Source of the DNA: Chiloscyllium plagiosum
Lineage: Eukaryota
Direction: 5' to 3'
Assembly: GCF_004010195.1 (NCBI RefSeq)
Contig: NC_057711.1
Coordinates: 76,966,685 to 77,030,684, forward strand
DNA: 64,000 bases
Part shown: piece by piece, positions 25,040 through 36,942 of the stretch
How the letters are laid out: each line of letters opens with the position of its first letter
How positions within the stretch are numbered: position 1 is the first letter of the stretch
The notes under the pieces: model-generated
The model's database searches: none
Told to the model about the DNA's origin: nothing
What the model saw: the letters and a program-made list of their open reading frames with translations, nothing else
Made by a program: the position numbers and the translations under genes

Positions 25040-25420
25040 AGAGGTCAGTCATACCGAGCCCTTAGGAAGCACAGTACCAGCCAAAACAACCAGCCTTGCA
25101 AGTGACTGTTGCAAATCATATTACCCAGCCTGCCTGAGCATTGCAGTGATAAATATGCAATACTCAGCAGATGACAGTTTAACTCCACATAGATCACTAC
25201 ATCACCTGCCTGAAAGGATCCACGTTCAAAGAAATGCATGGCAACAGTTACCTTCAGGCTACAGTCATGGATGGTCCCCAATATAGTTGGAACTAGCTTG
25301 TCATAGAAAGATGTATTCATAGATCTTGAGAACCAGAGTCCAGACTGGTACTCTGTCTCTGACAATAGTATATCAATTTGATCCTGTATATATGCTGGGT
25401 GCATAAGACCCCCAGCATCT
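25040..25420 (-). mobile_element. PIF/Harbinger transposase remnant (N-terminal part)
   Basis: Peptide LKVTVAMHFFERGSFQAGD resembles the Harbinger/HARBI1 motif VKVTxALxFxAxGSFQ; upstream LSETEYQSGLWFSR resembles MSExQCxxRLRFSR. Confidence 0.55.
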
Positions 25421-25901
25421 CTTTACGTTGCACAATTTTGTGAAGGTTATGCAATGTCTATCAACCCAGATGTCTGCCCCGAATATATAGTCACCATCTT
25501 CTTTTTTGTATACCTGAAATTTACAACACCCAAAGTGGAATGAGCTTCATCTTCCATTTTTGGCATGCATTCTTGAGGAGCCACTGTGTATATAGCCATC
25601 CCTTTGAATTTGAGTTTAATTGCTGACATAGTATCTATTACCATTCATGATGCTACAAAGAAAATATAATATACAAAACACCTCTGCTCAATCCCACTGA
25701 TATCAAACTTTTCCATCACATTTCTACTACAATCGCCATCCAAAGTATATTCAGTGGTTTTGAAGTCTTGAATACAAAAATTAAAAATAAACCTGAAATA
25801 CGCAAGATTAGTTCACATGCTTCATCCTTCATAACATGGCAATTCAGAATAAACTATATTTACATAAGTATAAATGAAAGATTGTGATTATTAAAACTCA
25901 C

Positions 25902-26018
25902 CTTGTATATTCTTCATACAACCTGTTTTCCTTTACTTCAGTCAGGTGTTCCTGAAGAGAATCTTGTGCCATTGCTGCAGAGTTCTGAAGTGCATACTCT
26001 TGTACAGAGCTCAAGGAA
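25902..26018 (-). CDS. PRUNE2: Probable PRUNE2 coding exon following the giant exon (117 bp, phase 2-2)
   Basis: Acceptor ttaatttgtttccacag| and donor AAG|gtgagt. Open in exactly the phase left by the giant exon: (S)SLSSVQEYALQNSAAMAQDSLQEHLTEVKENRLYEEYT. No homology recognised, so the call rests on splice signals and phase. Confidence 0.7.
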
Positions 26019-27869
26019 CTGTGGAAACAAATTAACAGGGGAAAAAACACAGTAATTTAAACAAAGTTCATAAACGTGAGGAGTGTTGCCTGTAAATTAA
26101 TTCATCAAAGGAAAGTGACAAAAGTGGAAACAAGAATTTAAATTATTAGTCTAATTGATCATTTGAAATAGTGGATCTAAACAAAAATTAAGGTGAAAAA
26201 TGTTCATACCCGTTTTATGTAGCTAGGAAGTATACCACTCTGAAGAATTTCTTTATGCCACCTTGATAGATAGCTATATAATAACTCACATGTATATAAG
26301 CCAAATGCTTATTGGAAAAAGAGCAGAAGTTGCTTCCTTTTGTTGTAAGACAAAAATAGACACAGTATCAAACAACTTGGTATTGAGACTGCTAACTAAA
26401 AGCTTGATCCAAGTAATAATTTGTAAGAATATCAAATGATATTAAAATACAAAAGGCCATTAAAATCATGTAAAATATGTTTTATCTAAAATTGTTCAAG
26501 AATTTCTTGCTCAGATTAGAATTAATGGAAAAGTAATTTTACAAATATTCTACAAATCATGTCTACACTCATCCATACACTGAACATTTTGAAAATTATT
26601 GAATGATAATGCTGTATTTTATGTAATTTATATTTCATTGCACAATAACAAGTGCATTGACTATAAAACAAAAAATTAAGACATGAATAAACATCAAGGT
26701 TATTGAAACAATTTGTGATTCCTAACATCCTGCTGAGTATGACACATCAAGTGTTAGAACTACATGCAGGAGATGAAAAACACACTTACCAATGTGCATA
26801 CCAACTACTTTACTTTTCAATCTTGAATATTTGCAAAGAAGATTGTTTAAAAATAATTATGCTGCCCATCAATAAAAGAAAATCCTGTACAAAGGAGCTC
26901 TCAGATGATTGATTTCACAATGTTAGCATCTTCCTTCTTTGAGTTTTCAGCTCAAAAGCTGAACCATAGCAAAATGCAGTTTTTGTTTGACTAAGGATAG
27001 AGTGAGAAGGCAGGTCTTCTGATGCAGAGATAGGGTTGCCAATCTTTTGGCACAAGGCCCACTTTAGAACTAAGGTCATAAAAATGCATTCATAATTAGG
27101 CAAATCAGGCTGATTATTAGCCTGAAAATCTTTTCAACCTGCCTAATGGTACATGGTAAAAGCAGGAGAGCTTCTCGACTAGCTCCCACCTTTAATTTAC
27201 AATTGAAATGAATACAGGTACACAATCTATACAATAGCAAATATGTTTAATGAGTCTGCTTTAGTTTAACCTTTATTGCATAATTCAAAATTCTGAATTT
27301 ACTTAAACAATCTATTCATAACAATATTTACTTACATTCTATTGAATTCAATAGGAGACAGGTTATTTAGCTGGAATCTGCTCAAAGAATATCAGGCACA
27401 TACAGGAACTATACCCGTTAATTTTATGCAACTTCCTGACCAGCTTGGAATGGCTGCAACTTAATGTTCATTTCCTGCCTTTCTGATACTATTTTTACAA
27501 AAAATATGTGCACTTGTTCTTACATTGTAATGATTACAAAACTCTCATAATACTATACAACTTAGCCTTTTTATTTCAGCCTCTAACAAGAGATTGGACA
27601 TTCTGGACATTAGTATGCTTCCACATAATGTTACTTGTTATTTAAAAGATGCAACAAGAATAAAGGTAGTACTTCCAACAAAAAACTCCTATTCTGCATT
27701 GAGAGAGCAGGAAGTCTAATAGCACTCATCTTCGTATATGTCTGTGCACATTTTTCAGCAGGCTGCCACGATACATACACTCTGCTGTTCCACTGTCCTT
27801 CCATCCCTTCCCACGCACACCCAGATATTGGATTCTAAAGGTTGTCCATGAGCAGGAACAGATCCCAAA

Positions 27870-28190
27870 GGTATTATCTGCTGACAAGAATCCTCATTGA
27901 GCAGTCCATCAGCCTGCTTAAACTACATTTTTGAAACCTGGAATGCTTAAGTGGTGTCCTGCAATACCCACCTGTCAGAGTTTCTAACAATATCATGATG
28001 CTGCATAACATGCCCAGAAAGTAACTCTTCAGAAACTCTTGACAAAAGATGGTGAGATGTCCCCAGAGGAAGAGGATGAGCAGGACATGGGAACAGATGG
28101 AACAGTGGGTGAGGAAGGGAAGCCTTCTACTACGTGAGGTTGCCTGGCCATGGACTTAGCCAGGTCAATGGTATCACAATGACATTTTTC
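27870..28190 (+). mobile_element. PIF/Harbinger transposase remnant (C-terminal part)
   Basis: From 27893 reads LIEQSISLLKLHF*NLECLSGVLQYPPVRVSNNIMMLHNM, matching the Harbinger IEQxIGLLKxRFRCL..GxLQY.P..V..I....LHN pattern, followed by an acidic tail. Confidence 0.7.
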
Positions 28191-28566
28191 ATGGAACCAT
28201 TGTTGTGAGGCACCAGTTGATCCAGGAAAGGTTTGAATATCCCCATGTATTGTCAGAATTCTTTTGGTGAAAATTATTCCACAAAGAATACAATTTTTAA
28301 CACTTACTTTTAACAGTTGGCTCCATTCACTTTCAACCACCAACTCTGGCTACCAAAATGTGGTCCCCAAAATGGCTTATTTTTTAACTTTCTGAAATTA
28401 ATTTTGAATTATGTCAATTTCATTTACAAAGCACTCAATATTTGCCATTTTAGTTAATGAAAATAAAACGTTTTATAATCCAGAATGTTCAACTTTCTGT
28501 ATATAAAGGATTTGTACTGCTATATTAACAAAAATATTAAAAACAAAATATAAAGGCATAAATTAC

Positions 28567-31500
28567 CTCACTTTAGTCGAATCTCCCTGTTCAATTAAAA
28601 TAATCTCTTCCCTCCTTATCTCTTTTCCCACTGAAGTACAACATTCAGTTGCAGATGGGTTGGGATAAATCTGTTCTGCCACATTTTCGCTTTCACTTAA
28701 ATCTTCATGTGAAACGTTGGCCTCCCTCACAGAGAACTGGGATGCAGTGCTCTCAGTTTCACTGTTGCTTAGCTCATCTGTAGATACAGTTCTTTTTGTA
28801 TATATTGTAACATTCATTTCTGGAGATATGTGATGCATGGTGTCATAGCCAATCTCAGATTCTTTAGTGTTATTCACACCGGTTTCATTAGAAACAAGGT
28901 TCATTGTCTTTAGCTCTTTAATTGAATGTTCTGAACCAGATTCTCTCATTTTTCTTCTACTAGGATATTCCTCAGGTGCGGTGTCCAACAGTTCACTTAC
29001 ATCCACTAATTTTTTATTCTGATCTTTAGTTGGCTTCTCATCCAAATGTGCCCCACCTTGATTTTGGTCTTTATTGCCTAGAAGTTGGGCAGCAGTGGCA
29101 TTGCATGTTGAAGATAAGCTATCAGAAAATTTCTCCAAGTCACTCATTTCATTTCCACTGATTCTTGGTTGAATAGTAACTGAAGGAAATGTTGAAAAAT
29201 TATCTTCAAAATCCGTTTTTATAATATCTGCATTCAGATCTATGGCTAGATTTTTAGTTTGCTGGCTACTCGACACTTCTTCACAAGGTCTTTTATTTCC
29301 AGCTACAATTATATAATCCATTTCTCCTGTGTCATGGTCTTTATCAGACGTTATTCTGATGTCATTAATATCAAGTTCACTTGAGTTCACCTTGGTTTGG
29401 CATTTACCAACTTTGTCAACTTCTGGCGAACCGTTACCAATCTCAATTGAGGAAACTGGAGTGTTGAGCGAATAAACCAAGGAACTGCACTGGTTATCAA
29501 ATCTTTGTTCCAAAAGGGGAACTCCGCTTTTGCCGTAGAGTTCTGACAATTGTTGCGCAGTTTCCACTCTTACTTCACTTCCTATCATCTCCTTATGCTT
29601 CTCTGTTGCAACAGTACTCTCTAAAACAGAAACATGTGAAAATTCGTCAGCAACTATACTACAATCCTGGGGACTAAGATCTTCCCAAAAGTCTGATTTA
29701 TGGATACTAGATGATAAACTAGAAGATGTCTCGTTGCTGTTACTGCTAATATCTGTATTTCCAAATGAAAGCCATGCACTTTCTACAACATTATGTACCT
29801 CTTGCTCTGTTTCAATATTACTTTGGTTTAGCATATCAATGTTAGGCTGTGCTACTATATCAGCTGCTGGTGGAAATATATTTCTCTCTCCGATAACGTC
29901 GGTGGAAGTTTTTAGTGAATCAGGCTGCCTTACAGATTCACAAGCACCATGGACAAATGAATCTTCAAATACGTCTGAGTTAGTTTCTCTATTACAACTT
30001 TGATATTCAGGACCAGCTGGTTGAGACCCCTCATCACCAATTTTAGATGCTTCCTGTGCCATAACCAACTCATCCTTAATGGTATTAGAACCACTGATAC
30101 TTACAGATGAAATACTATCATTCAAATGAATAGCTTCTGTTACTGCCTGAGAAAAATCTTCCAGTGGTTCCATATTCAAAATATTTTCTTCTGATACAGA
30201 GAAGTATTCCATCATTCCTGGATCATGTATCTCTCTATCTAGGCTATAGCTAGAAGTAGCAGAAGTAAAATAGTCATCTGCATATCTGGATTTTGAAAAA
30301 AGGCATTCATTTTCTCTTTTCTCATCAGTTTTCCTGGCTGCATTGTTGTCTCGGTAAAGATTTGAAGATTTATCTTCTAAAACACTGCCCTCTTGCTCTT
30401 TAGCTGGCAAGAATGAATTTAAGCTTTTGTCCTGTAGAGTTACAGATGGCATATCATGTGCTTTTTTGTTTTCATTGTTTTCAGCACCTGAGAGTTCAAA
30501 CTTTTTAGTTTCGCCCCATGAAATGTCATTTTCACAAAGTAATACGCTATCCACAGTAACAGAAATCTCTTCCATTGGATTCCTGGTATCAAGATGTTGC
30601 AAATTTTCTTGATGAGTTACAGTGTCCCTATACTCTGTAAATTTATGATTTGCTAAATCATAATAATGTATTCGCTCTTGATATTTAACCTGTGAATCTG
30701 GATCTTTTCTGGTTGCTTCAGCAGCTTCTTCTTCTAACTGAATCCAAGCATCAGGACTAACAAAAGTATGTTGTTTATCTTCTTGTACAAAATCAAACAT
30801 AGTTTGAGTTAATTCGGTCAGGTCTTTATTTTTATTGAACGTTTGTTTTGCTGTAACAAACTCTTCTCTTGATTCAGTGCAACCATCAGCATATTTCATT
30901 TCCTGCTGGTTGTTTAACTGTATTTTACAGGACTGCGCATCCGCAGCAACTAAGGGTGAATGGCTTGCTTGTTGCACCAATTCATTATGTACATACTGAT
31001 ACTGATCATAAACAGCTGGTTCAGCTAATACACATGAAGCAACACTGTCTGACATTGACAGCCATGACTGCTGTCCAGCTACATCCATTATATCAGGAAG
31101 TTCAGTCTTGAGTTCAGCAGGTTTTCCTTCTGACTCCATCCACATATCTGGATTCCCCAGTTCTTGCTTTTCTGTCTCAATCAATTCACTCCATCTATCA
31201 GGGCTGTTTGAAGTTGATTGGCTGGAATCTAACTCATGATCATTCAGAATATCAGGATTTACAGTAGTTGATTCAAAAAACAAGTGATCAGATTTAGCCC
31301 ATAAATCAGGATTTACTGAAGAAATCTGATTTGCATCTTGATGATAGTCATTGACAATATCAGGAATATTTTCATCTTGTTTGACTAACTCCTGTTCAAA
31401 TTCACTATATGCATCATTACAAGTGGGAAGCAACTCAGGAAAGTCAAATTTTGAGTCTGTCCAAGTGTCAGGAATTTCAGTGTAAGTACGGTTATACTCA

Positions 31501-34500
31501 CATTCTACAGGTTTGTTAGAATCAAGTGCATTCGATTGCTCTTGTTCAAATCTATTCAAAACAGGGAAATCGGTAGTTGCCTGGATAAATTCAAACTCAG
31601 AATCATTATAATGATCAGAATTCTTTACAACTTGTAATTTGTCTTCTTCCATTGGTTGTCTATTGATATCAGTGCCTGCTGGATAGTCTTGTGGTATTTC
31701 AGAGGTTAACAACTGACTATCCTGTTCTTTACAATGTGTATCAGAAATGTTGACCACTGGCTGTTCTCTTTGCTGTCCAGATGTTTCCCAGTTTTCTTCT
31801 AGGTCAGAATAAGAAAATTCTTCACATTTGCTCTGTGAATTTGAAAATTTTTCATTCAGCTCAGAACCTTCCTGATTCCATGTCTGAGGAGCTGAAGAAG
31901 TTTGCTGATTGTCTGTCTCTACCATTTCAAATTCAGAAGATCTGCAGAATTTATTAATTTTATAATCTGGTAAACTGCCTTCAGTTTCAGAATGATGGCC
32001 AATGTTGGGGTGACTTGCAGTGGGCTGACTAACCTCCTGTACTTGATTGAACTGGAATTGTTGACTTATGAACATAGATTTATTAACATCCTCTTCAAAA
32101 ACATTCCATGGAGAGTGTATCCCTGTTGAAAGGTGGCTGCTCTCTTGGATACATCTGTCCTCTGTGTATGAATTTTCAGTTGTAGAATATCTAGTTCTCA
32201 GATCTGAACTTTCAATTTTATCTAAAGTTTTTTTTGCACTTTGCAGACTAGTCTTCTCAAGATATTTACCACTTCCATCTAGACTTTCAAAAGGTGAGTT
32301 GCTGCAATGTTCAAATTCATTCCATATAACTGAAGCATTTGGAGATGCTTGTTTGCTTTCACCTGGGTTCAAAGACTCTACCACTTCAAATGCTGCCTGA
32401 TTATGAATAATTGGAGCTTGCTGTCCTTCCTGCACATATTCAGTGATTGGAATGGTAGTTTCTAATAGTGGCTGAGGAATAGCTTGCTCTATTTCATTCC
32501 CTTCTTGACTTGACTGATTAATGCTGTTTACTTGCTTACTCAATAGATTAGGATTACTCAATAGTGAGCTGTTGGAATCATGCTGACCAATATTCCATAT
32601 TTCAACATTATTTTTCTGGAAGTGGTCATCCCGTACATCTGTATTTTCAAAGGTTAGCTGCCTTTTCTCCTTTTCAGGACTAAACTCTAGATCATGCTTG
32701 TGTGCAGTCAGAGGGACATCTTTTGCAATCCTTAATTTTTCACTTTCAGAAGTTAGGTTGTTAGGTTCAAGGTCAAATGTAGTCCATGCATCGAAACTTT
32801 CACCTGTTACTTGCGTTTTATTTGTAGATTCATTCCCTATAATTGAATTTACAGCAACTGGTAAACTAATCTCCTGTTCAGAATCATTTAATATTGTAGG
32901 CATTTGTGATGAAAATAGTTGAGAATCCTGTATAGACTCTGGGCTTTCAGTGTTTGATTGTTGGATTTTCTGCTCGAAATTCTTTGAAATATCTGAAAAT
33001 TTTTCATTAGGTCTTATAACTTCATGCACTGGTACATTCCAAATAACTGTATTTGCTACTGCTGCTGTACACTGTTTCTGTTCAGAACCTATATGTGAAC
33101 TGTCTATACCTTGCTGTTTGTCCTGTTGAACTGGTAGTGTTGTTGTGTTTAGCGATTCGTGTACTATTAAATTTTTGGTTGCAAATTTGTAACAAGGATC
33201 TATATTATCGACACCTGACAAATCTTCTTCTGTCATAGATTTGCTCCCGTTATTAGAAGTGTTTGAGATCATTTGAGTTTTGTCTAATTCATCATGTACG
33301 TTTGATTTAGCAGAGGTTGATTGGAAAATGCTTGGTTCGGTTATATTCCACTGATCATCAATATTTTTCATAACTGATTGTTGAGATTGGCTATCAATTT
33401 GACTCCAGATATCACCATGTGTAAAATCTGATTGAGTGAATTCCTGATCAAAATTTGTCCAAAAATCAGGAGATTGCACAAGTACATTTAGTTTTTTTTG
33501 GTTTTCATTCCAGACATCCTTTGGGCCTGGCGCATCCTGTTTCATACAAATTTCAAATTCTTTCTGTTTTCCAGTATGTATAGAATCTGACTGATCAGAG
33601 TCAAGAATAGCAATTTCGTTCATTTTCTCAATTACATCTTCTGCAAAAATATTATGAGGTCCTTCATCCAGGGGAGAACCATCTACAAGACTGTTCATGG
33701 GTGTTGGGGGGACATTCTTATCTTCAATTTGTGATCCAATTACATCATTAGAAAGATTTTGAGAAAGTAAAGAAATATTAGCTGCATGGGATCTAACAAC
33801 CTGCAACATTTGATCTTCTCCTGATTTATTACCGGCACTTCCTTGTTTGGAAACATGAACATCCTTTACTTTTACCAGGTTAGCTTCTGGACTGGTTTCT
33901 TCTGACATATTAGGAGAAGGCTCAGGCCAATTACAACTTAGTGGAACATCTTCCACAATATTTTTTTGAGGGGTGGAATCTAACTTTGACAAGCTGGCAA
34001 TCATCAAAAACTCTTCATTATTTCCTATAACATCAGCATTAGTGTTACTGCAATGTGATGGATCAAGGACAGACAAATCAAAATTATCATTCACATGGAT
34101 GACTGAAGGTATCTTTTCCTCAGCTAATTCACCTTCAGGCAGTGAACTAAACATATCATATCCATGTATAACACTAGAGGGCGGTACAATGGCTTCTCGT
34201 ATCGGGCTTTCATCACTGAGAAAAACAGAACTTTCTTTAGATGACCGATTGCTTCGGATAGTGGCTAACCCACTGTCTGGACTCATTAGATCTAAATTGC
34301 CATCACCATGAGCCTGCAATGAAGAGTTCAAATTCTGAGAATTTTCCAATAAATTGTCACCAATATATTCAGTGTTCTGGGAATCTATATCAGGACCAGA
34401 TAAGTCTAAAGCACCAGATGATCCTTCTGAAACTGGAGCACTGCCATTGACAGCTTCAGTGGAAGAAGTTCTCCTGTTCATTACCATTTCTTGTTGTCGC

Positions 34501-34649
34501 CTATGGATACATTCTTTTATCAGTGGAAGCATTTGTTTGCATGAAACTGAAGAGCTTCCTTGCTGATATGCTCTGATTTCCTGCAACCCATTTTCTATGG
34601 GCAATAGCTGAAGACATGGATTCTGACACTCTTCTAATGTATTGCATAT
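28567..34649 (-). CDS. PRUNE2: PRUNE2/BMCC1 giant coding exon (6,083 bp; probable equivalent of human exon 8)
   Basis: Acceptor ttgtttgacag|ATA TGC AAT gives ICNTLEECQNPCLQLLPIENG, continuous with the 2013-aa ORF. Donor GTGAG|gtaatt (phase 2). Contains PRUNE2 hallmarks RTSSTEAVNGSAPVSEGSSG, SPDSGLATIRSNRSSKESSVFLSDESP and PPTPMNSLV. No stops or TE insertions over 6 kb. Confidence 0.93.
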
Positions 34650-35109
34650 CTGTCAAACAATGAAAATATCAATTAACACTTTATTTCAAGTATAATTTGT
34701 TAAATAATTACGGTTAGTATGACAAATCAGAACAATAGATTTTCTGTTTTCTGGAACTTATATTTAATTCATGTAGTGTGCCATTATAATCAGAAATCAA
34801 AATCATTAAGTAAAAACAAAAACAAAATAGCTAGTCAATTGTCATTCCAAATTTCTAGAATTTGATAATTATTTTCTTTATAAATTGAGAAGCAAAAGAT
34901 AAGCTTGTATAAAACAAAAATCAATACCACATGAATAAAATGAATGATGGAACAGATAATGGTAATTACCATTAATTTTGTGGACCTGAAAGCAGAACTT
35001 TGATTTTTTTTAAATAAAAACAGAAATTTCAACAATGTCAGTTGATTTCGTGCAAGTTTAAATATTACTCCAAGTAATCAACTTCCACCCAACAAATTCT
35101 TCAGGATAT

Positions 35110-36200
35110 TTTTATTCATTCAAAGGATGTAGATATTGTTGGCAAGTCCAGAATTATTTGCCCATTCCCTCAAAAGGTGATAGGGAGTAATTTCCTTGAA
35201 CTGCTACAGTCCACAACTGGTAGATTCACCTACAGAGTTGCTAGACTGAAAGTTCCAGGATTTTTAACTCAGCTACAATGAAGGATCAGCGACATATTTT
35301 CAAGTCGAGATGGGATGACATTTCGACAGGAATCTGCAGATGTTAGTGCATGTAACATATGTCCGTGTGTTTTTACGCTAAGAAGCTCTTGGTTTAAGGG
35401 GGTGCTGTTGAAAATATTTTAACAAGGCGCTACAGTGCATCTTGTCGATCGTACGCACCTCAGCAGAGAGGAATGCTACGCATCTTGAGTGTTAGAGCTG
35501 CATTCATTCAGACAAGAGAGAATGTGCCATTATGCTTCTGACTTGTACCTTTTAGACAGTGGACTAATTTTCAGGAGTTGCATAGCATGCTATTTGCCAC
35601 CTGAGAAGTTATCACATTTTATCCTTTGTTTCCAGACTTTGGCTCACAGGAACTAAAAAACAGCTGGCTTCTGATAAATTCTTATAGCCTCGGTGTTGAT
35701 GTAGCTGCTTCGATTAAGTTTTGGTCAGTGGTAGGCCCTAAACGTTGCTGGAGGTTGTTTAATGATGTTAATGCAATCTAATGATGATGAGATATGGTTA
35801 GATTCTGTCTTGTTGAAAATGTTCCATAACTGACACTTGTTGTTGCACAAATGTTACTTAATCAGCTCAACCCTGAATGTGATATATGTCTTCCTGCATG
35901 CAGGCATAATCTGCTTCAGAATGTGAGAAGTTGCATATGAAACTGAATATTGTGCAATCATCAGCCAGCAATCATCAAAAGCTCTCCATTTATGAGCTTA
36001 TGAGATGCTGCCTTATGAGATAGGCAAGGTTAATGAAGAAGCTGAAGATTGTTGAAATTTAGGAACTATTGTAGCAATGTCCTGGAATTGAGACTATTTG
36101 TTTCCAGCAACCATATCCAATTTGTTTTTTAATATTAAACATGACTTCCTCTGAATGTATCCTACTTATCATGTTGAGTGAGCCACAAAATGCAGTGCAA
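35110..36200 (-). mobile_element. CR1/L2-group LINE fragment (second family), old
   Basis: Collinear with 21320-22300. Confidence 0.6.
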
Positions 36201-36942
36201 GGTGTCCTCAGTGAGACAGTCAACATTTCTACGAACACATGGAAAGTGTTCTGACTGTGACAGGAGGAATGTGCTTTTAATCAAGCCCCACCACTTCACC
36301 AGTTGCATGATTAATGCAAATATTGGCTCAATTACCAAAATGGTTAATCGCTTTTCTTAGTACTGCTAGCAAAAAAAATTAAGTCAGGTGATGGGTTTTT
36401 TTTTTAAATAAAAGGCAAAAGGGAAAAATGAATTATGGGCAAAAGTCTGGAAACAAAGAATAATATTTGATAATTTCGCACATCCACTGAATATCCTGTT
36501 AACTCAACTGAATTCTTGACGACTATAGATCCATGAAATTTCCAGTTCTAATTCCAATCAACTTGGATTCATGTTGTTGAGAATTTTTTTTTTTTAAAAA
36601 CAACCCACTGCTTCAGGTTATACCATGTAGGCAGAAGTACTGATATTTGAAAACACTATTAGGTTCACTGGATTATTTTCTATAATGAACCGAACTTGAG
36701 GAGACACATTGCAGCTTCTGGGGTAGCTCTTGCCTCACTGACTTCTGCGTTTGCAAAAAACAGAACTCTAGACCTAACAAGGTTGCTAGGAGACTGTTAG
36801 AATAGGCCTCTAGGCCTCTCAAAGCCAGTTTCCTTTCAAGTATTTATGGCTATAAATACCTTCTCGATCTCCTTGAAAAACTACGCTTATCCGCTTTCCC
36901 AAATTCACTTGATTTCCATTAAGAACTGCGAATGGATTAGAG

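Noticed and set aside
27339..27354. 16-bp palindrome ctattgaattcaatag
   Set aside because: Short enough to occur by chance in 64 kb of AT-rich DNA.
29734..34566. Antisense ORFs over the giant exon
   Set aside because: Short shadow ORFs expected opposite a long coding exon.
28563..34604. 2013-aa ORF as a stand-alone intronless novel gene
   Set aside because: It starts at a TTG inside a longer open exon bounded by splice sites and has clear PRUNE2 motifs.
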